A stretch of DNA of 64,000 bases, taken from contig MU058198.1 in assembly GCA_013265495.1 (NCBI GenBank), positions 4,913,779 through 4,977,778 of the forward strand. The letters are read 5' to 3'. Positions 25,651-38,399 of the stretch are shown here, one piece after another. Position 1 is the stretch's first letter, and the number at the start of each line of letters is the position of its first letter. The notes below the pieces were generated by a model that worked only from the letters and a program-made list of their open reading frames with translations, was not told the origin of the DNA and ran no database searches. The translations under genes were made by a program, and so were the position numbers. The stretch comes from Vicugna vicugna (lineage: Eukaryota).

Positions 25651-26044
25651 CTTTTGGTGCAGTTGATTCCTCTTGAAGGGTTCTGTGGGCATCTCTCTAA
25701 GAGCCTTGTTTGACAGGGGAGACAGATGTGCACTGTAGTAGCCAACCCAAGTGAAGCAACATGGGAAAATAGGAGAGGCTAATTCTATCCTTGTTCAACA
25801 CTGTCTTAGCATCCCACAATTCCCTTTTCTTAACACCCATCTGACATGTTTTCTTTCCTGTTTTCCCTGCTAAACTAAAATTTTTCTGAATAAAAGGACC
25901 ATATTTGTCTAATTTACCATTGTATCCTCACCCTCAGCACAGTGTCTGCAGAAAGGACACATTTCAAAAACACTGTTGAGTTGACTTGAACTGAAAGCTA
26001 CAGAAAAGAGATAACCTTTGAGCTGGGCTCCAAACAATAGCAAA

Positions 26045-26790
26045 TAATATTTAATCCACAGCAACCGTGTGAGGAACGGGGGTGATTCTCATTTTGTAAG
26101 TGAGGAAACAGGTCCAGGGGAGGTTAGGTGACCTGCTCCAGGTGACACACATGGTAAAGAGATGAAGCCAAGGTTCTAGTCCTAGAGCCCGCGTGCATTC
26201 CACTGACAAATTACTATCAAAAGCAGGAAAAGAGCCGGAGGAAGAGAGATCCACCGTCTCTTTTATTGATGACTCACTTGTAATAGTCAACGGAACCTTT
26301 CCATATTTTTTACCCATCCATCAACTCATCCATCCATCAACTAATCCATCTTTCTATCCATCCATTCTACATCCATCTATCCATCCATCCAGCAAGTGTT
26401 TAATGAACTCCTGACTTCTTTTTATTCATAGCTGAATCCTCAACACCTAGAAATGTACCTGGAGTGTAGTCGATACTTAATAAGTACTTGTTGAGTGAAT
26501 GTCCCAGAGACAGCTGGAAGGCAGTGTAAGCGTAGTAATAATGAGCACATGGACTCTGGAGTGAGTTTGTCTCAGGCTCAAATCCTGATGCTGCCACCAT
26601 CTACCAGTTGTGTGACCTCGTATGAGTTATTCGGCCCCAGCCTCAGCTTGCTCATTTGGACGAGGGGTGAATGGTAGTGCCTACCTCCTGTGGTTACGGA
26701 GAGGATTCCTGACCCACTTACACACACGCGTGCGCTTAGACTACTGCCTGATTGTTGTAGCCCCATTATAGGGTTGCTGGCTTATTACTG
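26045..26790. mobile_element. MIR (-), (TCCA)n, L2 3' end (+) and MIR (+) cluster
   Basis: attttgtaagtgaggaaacagg at ~26095; taataagtacttgttgagtgaatg at ~26480; ccagttgtgtgacctcg..cctcagcttgctcatttg at ~26605-26660. Confidence 0.75.
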
Positions 26791-27879
26791 TTAAATAAAT
26801 GGGATGCCATGTTCATCAAAAAAAGACCAGGTCCCTGCTGTGATGGAACCTACCTTTTAGTGAATTAGATGATTATCAGGCAAACAGCCAGGTAACCAAG
26901 ACGAGTCCAGATAAGCAAACTTTCCTGCCACCTCACCTTTATCTGAGCTTGTTCCCTGGTCTCTGTCATCGCTTCTTGGGTCCCCGGGTCTTCGGGAGCC
27001 TGGCTGCCTTTTTCCTTGGCTCCATTTGAGGAAGGAAGGCACCTTCTGCCCCCTCTGTGTGGCCTTGGCCATTCATGGCACCAGTGAGAATGCCAAGCAG
27101 TCTCTTGGGGTCCATGTGCCCAGTCCAGCCTGCATGTTGACGCTGACTGCTGACTCTGCAGACCCCATCTCTCCACACCCCCCCCAGACAGATGTGCCCC
27201 CCTGTGGAGCGGTCAGAATGAATTTCTGGTGATTCCTGGGCAACGTGTTTCTCTGTGTCACAGCTGCTAAGCCCAGTAATGCACATTAAGATATGACTGA
27301 AGGCTTCAGCTCTTTGCCTGCTCTTGAGAATGCTCAGGAGCCCAGAGGTAGAAGTTTCCAGCATCACTAAGTATGACTGGATTGAAGGTACTTGAGGCTG
27401 GAGGAACTTGGCCATGGAGGTGTAGCTCCTGCAGTCTGTAAAGGTGACTGCCAGGTGTGTGATGAGCATACCCAGGGACCAGGGCTCCAGCAGCCCAGGG
27501 AAGTAATTCTTACCCATGACTCCCTGCTTCCCTGTAGATTAATGGATCCAGATAAAGTGCCCAGCAGAAGGCCCATTCAGCTCCGAGGCCGTAACTCAGC
27601 AAGGCTGCTACTCTCGGGCTAAAGTTCCTTTTCTCCTGCAGAGATTTCTGGAACACAGCCTCGGAAACCAAAGAATTCCAGAAGTGGAAAGGATGTAAAA
27701 CCTTCGCAATGAAACCCCAACCCAGCTTGGCTTACAGTCCTTTCCAGTGAGACCTCCAGCATCTCTTTGCTCACTTACCAACCACACTAAATTCTCAACC
27801 ATTTCTAGAAAGCAGCCTGCTCTTCTGGCCTCTGTGACTTCTGACGTGCCATTTTTACATCCTGGACTGCTGCTTCAAT

Positions 27880-28400
27880 CAAGAGTCATTCAGTTGTAAG
27901 GGTCGCGCGGACTTAAGCAAATGCAATGTATCTATTGACTCACATAATGAAGCGTCCATGGGTAGGGCTGGCTTCAGGTACGGTTTGATTCAGGACATAG
28001 ATGATACTAACAGGACCAGGCTTTGGCCATGCTTCTTGTGATTGGCTCCATTCCCGGGATCTGCTATTTTTCTTGGCAGCTTCAAAACTCTCTTCTTTGG
28101 GTTGCAAGATGGTTCCAGCTGCTGTAAGCCTCCTATTCTTGTAACACTGAATGCAGTGGAATCCAAATGTCTCTTTCCTCCAACCTTGGCCACTGTCTCC
28201 TTCTCTCTTATTGGCCTTAGTTAGACAAGGACGTGGGATATACTGGTGGGCCTGAAATTTTTGGACCTGTAGGGGAGAGTATGCTACTCAACTGAGCATG
28301 TTCGGAATGGAGAAGGGGTGGTTTCCCAAAGGACAAGTTGGTATTTTTGCCAGAAGGAGGAAGGAAAGATGGAATCTGGGCGGGGCTTGTAAGTGATAAA
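27880..28400 (-). mobile_element. Old MaLR LTR (MLT1K/L-like)
   Basis: tattgactcacataatgaagcgtccatgggtagggctggcttcaggtacggtttgattcagg. Confidence 0.65.
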
Positions 28401-28830
28401 AATCGTATTTTTGCCATCATTTTTCTGCCGGGAGAACGCCCCTCCTCATCGACATATTAGTTTTTCATCTCCACCTTCTTTCCAGGCTGAGTTAATTACG
28501 TTAACGTCTGTACTTTCGTAGCTCCTTGGAGCAAACTTCCCTGCCTCATGTTTTGGTTGTCCCTTTGCACATCTGTCTCCCTCCTCAGGCTCTGAGACCC
28601 ACCAAGGGAACCACTGTGCCTTATTCATGGTGAAATATCCCAACCACATGACATCGTGCTAGGTAGACAGTTGGGGTTAGTCAGTGTTTATTGAATGGAA
28701 GGATGCTGCCCTAGATCGATCTTTAATTTTCTGGCCCGAGTCCTCATTAGTAAATTGGAAAACCTCTCCAGATCATTCCTAGGGTCAAGCCAGGCCCTAC
28801 CCACTAAAACCTCTCATCGTACTCAGTGAT

Positions 28831-29304
28831 TGCAGCAGGTTGAATAGTGTCCCCCTCAAAATCCATGTTCACCCAGAACCTATAAAAGGAGTCTTTATTT
28901 GGAAATAGGGTTTTTGCAGATGGAATTAGTTAAGAGGAGGTCATATCATATTGGAAGGGGTCCTAAACCAATACTGGGTTAGCAGGGGTCCTAATCCAAT
29001 GACTGGGTCCTTAGAAGAAGAGTTCTAGAGACACAGAGCAACACACCCTGTGGGGCAAGGTTGCCACAGAGAGGCAGGAATTGGAGTGACACAGCTACAA
29101 GCAAAGGAACCCAAGGACTGCCAGAAATTGGCAGAAGCTAGGAGGAGACACGGAAGGATTCTTCCTGAGGACCTTCCGAGGCTGCATAGCCCGGGAGACA
29201 CCTTGATCTCAGGCTCCTGGCCGCCAGAACTCTGAACAAGTTCCTGTTGTCTTGAGCTGTCTGGTTCATGATGCTTCGTGCTGGCAGCCCTAGGATCCAG
29301 TGCC
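28831..29304 (+). mobile_element. MaLR solo LTR (MLT1C-like)
   Basis: 5-bp TSD GTGAT (28826-28830, 29305-29309); ttatttggaaatagggtttttgcagatg and other MLT1 motifs. Confidence 0.9.
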
Positions 29305-29509
29305 GTGATGATTCTTGCTGGAGAGAGTTGTTCCCTACGCAGCCCTGCGGCTTATCTTTGTTCACTGATGCACTCATTTCTTCGGCAGGTTCGTTAGATG
29401 ACTCTGAGCTGGGCCCGTACTGTCAGGGTCTTCCCGGCAAGGGCTCAGGCAAACAGGCCACCCATAAGCCCTGTTCTGTGATGTGACTCCAAGGAAGGGG
29501 CGTCTCCCA

Positions 29510-29735
29510 TAGAGCACGTCGCGTCGTGGTTAACGCGCTGAGCCTGGAGTCAGACGGACCTGACTCAGCTCCACCACTCACCGGATGTGTGAGCTTGGGC
29601 AGGTTATCCTCTAACCCCTGAAGGGCTCAGTTTCCTCGTTTATCAGCTGAGGAGCACGTGGAGTTGTGATGAGGACGGAAGGCGTTATGCATGCTAAGTG
29701 TTCAGAGCATCGTTTGGCCTAAATAAGGTGCTATT
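29510..29735 (+). mobile_element. MIR SINE, near full length
   Basis: gtggttaacgcgctgagcctggagtcagac...tgtgagcttgggcaggttat...ctcagtttcctcgtttat. Confidence 0.88.
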
Positions 29736-29769
29736 TTTACAGCTTCTTAAAAATGTGACAGTCATGATC

Positions 29770-30170
29770 CTGCTACTCCAAGGCTTTTCCTCTCCATGTT
29801 AATCATTCCCAGTTTCTTCAACCACAAAGGGTGTGATTTGAAGTCCCCATCACTTCCCTGGTTCCGTTTATTCTGTGACGCTAATATCTAGCAGACTGAC
29901 GTCCAGACCTGTAAAGCAGAGCAGGACAGAAACGTCACCTCCTTAGCTCTAGAAATCTACTTCTGGTAATGCAACCAAAAGTGATCTGACTGTCCTCTGA
30001 GAGCCACACTACTCCGCTGACTTATATGGAGCTTGTAAGTGATGAAAACCAGCCAGGTGCAGTCACACCTGCCTCCCCGCTCAGGGCTTGTCCAGATGGT
30101 TGTCAGGCCCCGAGGGCAGGACCTTGCGCTGATCTCGGATACATTTCACGTTGTGTAATTCAGTCTCTCA
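29770..30170 (-). mobile_element. CR1/L3 LINE remnant
   Basis: gcagagcaggacagaaacgtcacctccttagctctagaaatctacttctggtaatgcaacc resembles the antisense CR1/L3 RT region. Confidence 0.6.
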
Positions 30171-30649
30171 CACCAGCTGGTGGAGGTCTTCTGGGAACCG
30201 GATTCCATTAGGAAGCATATTGCCTACATGGTAAAAGACCCAACTTTCTATCCCATGCAGATTTTTATCAGCTTTTATTCTGCCCCTGGCTGAGTGGTGA
30301 AGACACTGCTCTGGCAGTATCTTGGGGCCCCTTGCTGGCAGCTCTGGAAAGGGCTCCCAGAATCCGCTGACCTTTGCTTCAGATTGAGACAGCACCCAGA
30401 GCCTCTCTCTTCCAGCTCTTCCTCTCAGAAAAACTCCAGGCAAGGATGCTCTCCGAGGACGATGGGAGGATGTCACTGTCTCAAGCATCTCAGCCGAATT
30501 CCCTGGGGTTGACTCTAGACACAGTTGCACATAGGAGACCTTTAGAGCTCCATTTAATTCTAAGGGATTCCAGAAACTTCTTCCAGGTGTAACTGATGTG
30601 TCTGTGGATGAGCAATGACCCCACACTTTAGGAGGTTACTGGAGACTAA

Positions 30650-31110
30650 TAGTTGCTATAACCTCTCCCCTTGATGGAGCACTTACTCTGGGGTAGACAC
30701 CACGCACGGACTCACTTAATCCTTTCAAAGGAATTTTGATGTGAATGCTCTTTGGTGGAGGAGGAAACTGAGTCTAAGAAAGGTTAAGAAAGTTGTCTGA
30801 GGGCACGAGGCTAATCACGGGTCCTCCAGTTGCTCAAACTCGGGCATCTCTTCCCTGAGACTCCGGGTTCCCTCAGGCTCCTCTCTTAAGCACCAAGCAT
30901 CTTTTCTTTACATAGCTCAGCAGGATGTCTGTGTGATGCATCAGTTTCATGAAAGATAGTTGCTTTCATGGCAGTTTCATCCGTGAGACTCAGATGTGTT
31001 TGGTCAGAGACCGCATCTACTCAACTTACCCTTGTCCCCCTCCAGCCTCGCACACTGCCCAGCACGTGGCCACCCCGCTCCCCATCCCCGTAAGTATCTG
31101 TTGAATGAGC
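30650..31110. mobile_element. MIR (-) followed by an L2 3' fragment (+)
   Basis: gaggaaactgagtctaagaaaggttaagaaagttg; taagtatctgttgaatgag. Confidence 0.7.
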
Positions 31111-32564
31111 AAAGGGCTTCAGATGCAAATGGGCTTTGAACCACTTCCATAGACTCTAAGGTAGACTAGATTTAGGGTATTTTTCTTTCGACATGCCACC
31201 ATCTCTGAGCGCCCCTTCCCAGAGTCCCAGAGGGGAGTAAATACTTTCCTCCCAGAGCACTGAGAATTAAGGTTTGTGACACCCTTTAAAACTCCTTATA
31301 ATAGATAGCTGCTTTCATCTGGCTAAGTGCACGGCGGCATCACGGAGCCATTACTGGGCTTTGGTGCTGATGGGTGTTTGTCACCCCCCCCCACAGTGTG
31401 TTAGACCCGTGCGGCCCCCAGTAATTGCTGAGCAACTCACAGAGTGCTTGGGTTGCTAAATTAATAGGTGAAATAATAGCGTGAGAAGGGGAACGGGCGT
31501 GTGGAATGAACAGAGACGTCCCGATACGGAGGTTTTCTCTGCCTGTGTGTCTCTGAGATAGAGAGTATGGCTCGAGCTGGGCTTGCCAGAATGGATTTTT
31601 ATAGACCCAGGGCTGCTAGTTCAGTGGTTTTGTGGGAGGACGCGGGGGTTGTGTTTGATGGGTGGTCTCCTCTGGTTCTGTCTGAAGTCCTGGGGGCCGT
31701 CTGTCATCTTCTGCTCTAAGTACAGAGGGCTCACCCATCAAGAAGGGAAGGGAGAACGAACCAGCCGGCTTCGGGAGCAGGGGCAAAACGGGGACTGGAA
31801 AAGGCCTTTTTGACAACGATTGAAAACAAGCAGGAGGTGCCCAGCGGTGCTGGTCCAGTGGGAAAGGTGCATACACAGGGACTGCTGAAGTCAGGGGGCA
31901 GGGGTGAGGACCAGTTCACCCCGTGAAAGCCCCTTACAGGCAAATACGTCTAAACTCTTTCTCTTAATGACCAAGATACTCCGCATCCTATTGTGTGTGT
32001 TTTCACATCCTTGCATCTGTCAGTAGGAATTAAAATAAGATTTGAAGTATGGAACTTAATCAGAACTTGACTTTTTACAGAATCAAAGTGAAAAAAAAAA
32101 TAAACAGAGAAAGAAGTCCCTCAGGATATAGAACATTCCTAAAATGCTTTTGAGATTTGTTTGGTGTTTATTAGACATGTAAAATTTTGATGAAATTGTC
32201 CTCAGACAATTTGTTTTTTTTAAAAAAAAGTCCTTACATGTCAGTGACTGGCCATAAAGGGTAGCTGGAGGAGTGGAAATTCAAGATACCCAAAAGGGAA
32301 CTGAAGTTTGGGGAGGGATCAGGGTCCAGGTGCAGTGATTATTTGGGTGAGGTGGGCACGGGGCTGCATCTTGGTGTCCATCATCTGGACAGAGGCTCCT
32401 GGCTCTTGTGGCTGGCATGGGGCTGTTTGCAGAACGATGTACGGTGGCTGGTGGAAGCTTCATCACTGGCTTCCTAGGTGATCATCTTGGGTTGATGAAG
32501 GACTGGCCAGAGTTGAGGGGGCCGTGAACCAGAGAGTGGTGGTCCCCGGGGAGGGGGGAGGGGC

Positions 32565-32800
32565 TGTTAGCGCAGCAGCAAAGTCAAGGGCCCTTGACGT
32601 GAGACAGATTGGAGTTTGAGTCTGAGCTCTGTTTCTTCTTAGCAGTGGAATTTTGGTTGAGGAGCTTCACCCGTGTGTTCCCCAGTTCTCTCATCTGCAG
32701 AGTGGGGCTAAAATCGTATCAACTGAACACATTTTCTAAATGAAGATGTTTGATGGCGTATGTTAAACATTTATCTCAGTACTTGGAACCCTGTCAGTGA
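32565..32800 (+). mobile_element. MIR SINE
   Basis: gacagattggagtttgagtctgagctct...cccagttctctcatctgcagagtgggg. Confidence 0.75.
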
Positions 32801-33097
32801 TCAAATCCGTGATCGCAGTGATTGCTCTTATTATAATCAGCATTATTGCCGTTGTGCTACAAGAAGAATAAAATAGCAACAACAAAATGACAGCAGGGTC
32901 AGAGCCCCACTGACGGCACAGGGTGCAACCCAAAGAAGGACAGAAGCCCATTTAGCTAGTGTTCCGGGCGATAAGGAGGGGTCAGAACCAGCTCTTGGGC
33001 ATCTCTGAGTGTCCCAGGATCAGATTTCAAACACGGTAGCTACCTAATGCAGCATCTTGCTATCATTGTTTGTAATAACTTTTATTCTTTTTCATAG

Positions 33098-33420
33098 TGC
33101 GTAGTAAAGAATTTAACCTTGCCCAAGAAATCCAGTCTTTGTTTTTGGCTACTGGGAGTTCACCTAATGTCATGCATGATTGGAATGTCTTTGCTTGGGA
33201 CCTTGGGTCACACTGGATGGTGTAACAATATGATTTATGGTGGGGGGTGGCCACACCTGAGGGTGAGGGTGAGCCATGCCAGAAAGACCAACAATGTGAT
33301 TTGGGGAGGGGGGCGCTTTGAGTCATGTCCAGTAGGGTGGGGATGGGAGACAGATCAGCCCTGTGGACCAATCATGCCTGCATAATGGAGCCACCAAAGA
33401 ACTGGACATTGACAAACGTG
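33098..33420 (+). mobile_element. ERV LTR fragment (MER77-like)
   Basis: tagtaaagaatttaaccttgcccaag start; ccatgccagaaagaccaacaatgtgatt; ccaatcatgcctgcataatggagcc. Confidence 0.65.
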
Positions 33421-33489
33421 TAGTTGGCGTCAGAAGTGAGGGCAGTCTTGGAAACCGTGCCCCCTCACTTCACAGTTGGCCTAAACCTT

Positions 33490-33870
33490 CACACATAGGA
33501 AACTTAACTACACCTGTAGTCCCACCATTCAAAGAGAGTCTCTGTTGTCTTTTGGTGAACCCACTTTATATATGTGAATATTTGCAAACCTTGTGCATAC
33601 GCACATTCATGTAATACAAAGATGTGACACTCTAAGCAGTTTCCCACATTATCAAATATTCTTCAGAACAGAACGTTTAAGGACCACATCCCGCAGATCT
33701 CCTGTAATTTAGTTCATCCTTACCCAGTTGTCCCATATTTCAGTTATTTACAGTTTTCATTATTATAATTAATTCTGGGATGAACATCTTTGTAGTCGAA
33801 GCTCCACATAGGTGCATGGTTATTGCCTTAGGATACATTCCTGGAAGTGCAATTGTTTGGCTTCATATAT
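33490..33870 (-). mobile_element. Old L1 (L1ME-like) 3' remnant
   Basis: gatgaacatctttgtag...ttaggatacattcctggaagtgcaattgtt. Confidence 0.6.
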
Positions 33871-35859
33871 TCTGTCGTGCTCCGCTGGGCTGGGTGGGGC
33901 TGGCTCTGGGGGTGGGACCTTCGTGTCCACATCTGGAGGAGAACAGCCCACACTCCCCGGAACACTGGAACCTCGGAGAGCAACCGGGGACTCAGACTTC
34001 AGCACACCCAGGGACCCACAGGTTCATACCAAGTGTACGTCACATTGACTAGGTAATTTATTTTATTAAAATTTACTTTGCTTTTAAAAAAAAAAGACCT
34101 TCAGGTTTATAGGCTGGCCTCCAACAGTGCTTTTTACAGGCAGTCTTAATGGAAAGTTCTGCTTCTTGAGCCGAGTCAAGTCAGTTCACCTTTTGCTTCT
34201 TAAGGGTCTGCTTTCAGTGTCTTCAGATTGTTTGCTTTTCACAAACCTGAAGAGTAGTCCCCGTGGGGAAACCAAGGCAGTCACCTTCCGTGCCTCTCTG
34301 TCGCTGATGTGCACATACACAGAGTCACTGTGAATCCAGTCAAGCTGGTGGCTTGTGTCCCACCTGCTACGGCGCTCAGGCGGCAGCCCAGGATTAAGGC
34401 ACAGTTCCTCAGCTGCATACACGTTCGAGCACTTTCTTCCATCCTTCCCTTGTCAAGTTGTGTGTTAGAGCTCCCGTGAAAGATTTCTGGGGCGTGGAGT
34501 CCAGAAAGTGGAAGGAAGGAGCTTGGGAGACCCTGGGGCATAGTGCACCCCGCTCCCCCATCTGACTCTACGGTGCAGGAGTTTATGTTCCTGAAATTTC
34601 ATTTCCGTTCTAGGAGAGAAGGTGAATGACAAGAGGGAAGTAGAGGGCTGTGCCAGCCTCGTGCCAGGCAGTTTCCAGCTACGTTCTCTCTAGACCATGG
34701 GTTTACTGATGGTGGACTGTCTTTCCAGCAAATCTCTTTTGATTGCAAGTGTATAATGAAGGTGCGTTTCAGTGTCCTTTGAGCTCTGGCGGGATCTCTA
34801 GCTGGTTCCTTTCATTCCCACTGAAGTATCAATGCTGAGGCTGCTTCATCTTGATTTTTAGAGCCTCCATTCCATCTTGATGGCTTACGACTACTCTGGG
34901 CCGTTGTAAAGGGGATTTGTCCACGTTGTGTAATTCAGATGGTGCTAAGCCAAGTCTTAGGTCACAGACAGGTTTCTCTTTGTCAAGGACACTGGCTGCT
35001 GCCCTTACCAGATACCCAGGAGAAGAGCAATTAACATGGTGATGCCCAGTGCTCACCTGAAAGGTGAGGGCAGGTACTGGCTTCAGCCCCTAGCCACAAA
35101 GTGCCTTCTGTTCCAGGAACCTTAGCCTCTTGTCCTCATCAGTGACACCAGGTTGATGTTGGTTCTCAGGAGGGTGCTGGCAAAGTCTTGAATCCTGTTC
35201 ACTTTCCTGGTCTCCACTTGGAGACCTGTCCCTGCATATCTGCAACTTTATTCTGAACTCATACTCCGCTGGGCTTGGCTTCTCTAGGTCCCCTGACCAG
35301 ATTCTAAGCCTCATGTTTCTCCTCTGTGGCTTCTTCCGAGCTGGTGGGATTTTTTTGTAGCAGAGGAAAATCTCATTCTCACTGATCAATGAGAATATTC
35401 TTTCATGCCGATTGTTTAGCACGGGACTTTGGTCTTTCGAAACTCAAAGGATATGAGCTCTTGAAACCCAAAAAACCTTTTTACTCAACACTATAGTCCT
35501 TGCCTTGAGTCCTGCCTGTTTTGAACCTCAAAGTCCCCAAACATTGACTCTTTCTCTCCTTGGATCCCTGCTAAGGGGGGTGGGGGGCGGGGAACCTACA
35601 GGGAAGACAGTGGGCATAGAATGCTCTAGCTGTTGAAGGGGTAACAGAAAATACCTGGAACTCAAAAAATTCAGATAAAATTTACATCAGTTTCTATTGC
35701 ACGGTCATCAGTCCCAAAGTCATTCAAACAAGAAGGGACTCAGAATTCAAATTCAGGATGGCTTTTTACAAAGGATTCATCTTGTAGCTTAAATGAGCCC
35801 AAGTGCCTTCTGGAGTTTGTCTAAGGAAAGCAAGAAAATTAGAGGCATAAGGAACCATT

Positions 35860-36030
35860 GTTGAGTTATGTTTACTCAGGAAGTAAACTGAGCGTTTTAG
35901 AGACATCATCCTGTCTTCACAGCAGTCCTATGAAATAAATGTTGTTATTCTTGTACCATTTTACAGATGGGAAAACTGAGGTACAGAGTTTAGGTACGTG
36001 GTTAGTTAGTGATGGAACCAGGAATCAAAG
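35860..36030 (-). mobile_element. MIR SINE
   Basis: ccattttacagatgggaaaactgaggtacagag core. Confidence 0.85.
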
Positions 36031-36129
36031 CCAGTTTACAGCCCCATCTTTGAGCTGTGTGAAAAGAAGTGGCAGGAACCTAGGGAGGTGAATAAAGAGG
36101 TAAATTCAAGGAGTCTCATCACATGGCTG

Positions 36130-36535
36130 TTGTACACGCATCTCCCTTTACCAGGAACACCTTCTCTTCAGATCTTATAAGGCTGGATCCTTTTATTATT
36201 CAAGTTTCAGATCAAAAGGTAGCGATCATCCTTGACTGCCTCCCAGCGAACCACCCACTGCGTGTACACACACCCTCAGACATATTTTGATGAGTCTGAT
36301 TTTATGTTTTAAATAGCACCGCCTTCTCTGGAATCACCTTTTCATTTATTGATTAATAATCATCTGTTCATTTATCGTATGTGTTTACTGTCTGTCTCCC
36401 CTTTTAGACTCTCTGGAGCACAGACAGCCTTTGGAGAGTAAGGTACTTCGGGGTTCTGATCTCTTGTTTATCCCTGGTGTTTTAGAACAGTGCCTGACTC
36501 AGGAAAGCCTACTCGGTAAATATGTTGGAATGAGT
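36130..36535 (+). mobile_element. L2 LINE 3' fragment
   Basis: tgtttactgtctgtctcccctttaga...tagaacagtgcctgactcagg...actcggtaaatatgttggaatga. Confidence 0.8.
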
Positions 36536-37069
36536 TTGGTCAAGTGAGAAGGAGCGATCAGAAAGGTTAGGAAGAGAAAAGTTTCATCTTGCGCATCTCT
36601 GAGCCACATTTCAGAATAAAAAATGACAAGCTTAACCACTCATTGCTTTTCAACCTGGGCGTCCAAAAGCTGCTTAGGAAGGGCTGGCTGGCTGGCTTCG
36701 GGGCTGCCTCTTTAAGTGAGGATCAGAAAGCACTTTTAATGTTTAGCTTCATTTGTTTATCAAAGACGGAAGAGCCTTTGTCCTACATCACAGCTGGGAT
36801 TTGGCAAGATGGGGACTTCCTCTGCCTTGTACATCAGAGGAGCCACATGTAGCTAGAGCAGTGGTGTTTCAACTCTGAAATAATCCAGAAATGTGAAAAT
36901 TCAGCTTAGACACCCTAAGAGGAGGGAATGCAGGAAAGTTCAAATTGTTAGCTGGTTTTTGAAGCCCTTTGTGAAGCTGGGAAGACTAGCTGCAGCCTGT
37001 TTCTCAAATTCTGCTTCTTCAGAGGATTTGGGAGTACACTTGCTTTTGGGCTCAGCTCACCAAACCCTT

Positions 37070-37660
37070 TGCTGCCGGACAGTAGGTTCTTGTCTCCTGC
37101 AGGAAAGAATTCAAGAGTCAGCCAGAGTAGAGTGAAAGCAAGTTTATTTAGAGAGATACACGTTCCATAGAGAGAATGTGGTCTGTCTCAGAAGGGAGAG
37201 GCCCGAGAGCATGAGGAAAGTGAGAGTGGCCTAGGAGATACACATTCCACAGTAAAGTGAAAGTAGGTTTACTCAAGGAGATGCACAGTCCATAGACAGA
37301 GTGCAGGCCATCTCCGAAGGCATAGGCGGCATCCCCAGGCTATGGGGTTGTCAGCTGTTATGGTCTGGGTGATTTCATATGGTAATGAGTTTATTCCAGC
37401 TGTTTTGGGGGAAGGGGCGGGGATTTCCAGGAATTGGGCCCCACCCACTTTTTGACCTTTTATGGTCAGCCTGCGCCTGTGGGTGTGTCCTTTACCACGC
37501 TGATGTATTTCAGTGAATGTATAATGAGGCTTAAGGTCTACTGGAAGTTGAATCTTCTGCCATCTTGGGCTTGGTTGGTTCTGACCAGTTTCGGTCCTGT
37601 CCTCAATTGCTGTGTCATTCTTTTAATGGTTGTACCCTGCCCCCCTTCCCTCCTGTCTCA
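37070..37660 (-). mobile_element. ERV1-class solo LTR (591 bp)
   Basis: TG...CA ends, 4-bp TSD CCTT (37066-37069, 37661-37664), minus-strand AATAAA at 37143-37148. Confidence 0.88.
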
Positions 37661-38399
37661 CCTTCCTAAATATCAAGGAAGGAGGGCATCTTAAAAGTCA
37701 GCCACTCTAGCTGATTCTTCTAGGTTGTTGTTGTTTCCCTAAACTTGACATATTTGAGTGTTAACTTCACAATTTTGTGGGGTTTTCTTGCTAAACTTGA
37801 CTTATTTGAGTGTTAATGTCACAACTTTCTGTCATATCCAGGCACCACCTGAGGTTAATATATGCAATCATATGTGTAATATTACATTATGTTCCATATA
37901 TGATATATAAATGTATCACCCATATATGTGTAAATATCTCTGCGTGTGAACAATTACTTAATATCTTTATTTTGACTGTACATTTAAATGAAAACTTTAT
38001 ATCATTCATAAATGGGAAAAAAAAACAAAAGGCATCACTAACCTAATGTAGACGGGACTTATAATACAATGGGAAGAAAACAATGTTACTAATTCTGTGC
38101 CCTTTGAAAATGAGAGATTCACAAATGTTCGGTGTTAAAAACATGAATAATGAAAATTAGACTTTCTTTTTTTTTAAAGTAGTCAGAAAGAATGGAGGAA
38201 ATTTGGAAAGAGTATCTTTCCTACTGTGTATTTTAATATTGTTTACTGCTGTATTTCTGTATCGCCTAAAGACATCTGGCAAAACACCGGTTGTAATGGT
38301 TATGTGGCCAGAACTTGGCAACCACTTCATTATCCAAGTCTGCAGTCTTAGCGCTAACATCTGGCCAAGTTATCATCAGACCCATCTTGAGCATCTCCT

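Noticed and set aside
13098..29304. Two same-orientation MLT1C-like LTRs as the ends of one provirus
   Set aside because: Each has its own TSD (AGTAG versus GTGAT) and no MaLR internal sequence lies between them, so they are independent solo LTRs
29389..29486. Acceptor-like tttcttcggcag followed by a short open frame
   Set aside because: No matching donor or poly(A) signal and no recognisable peptide; it sits between an LTR and a MIR
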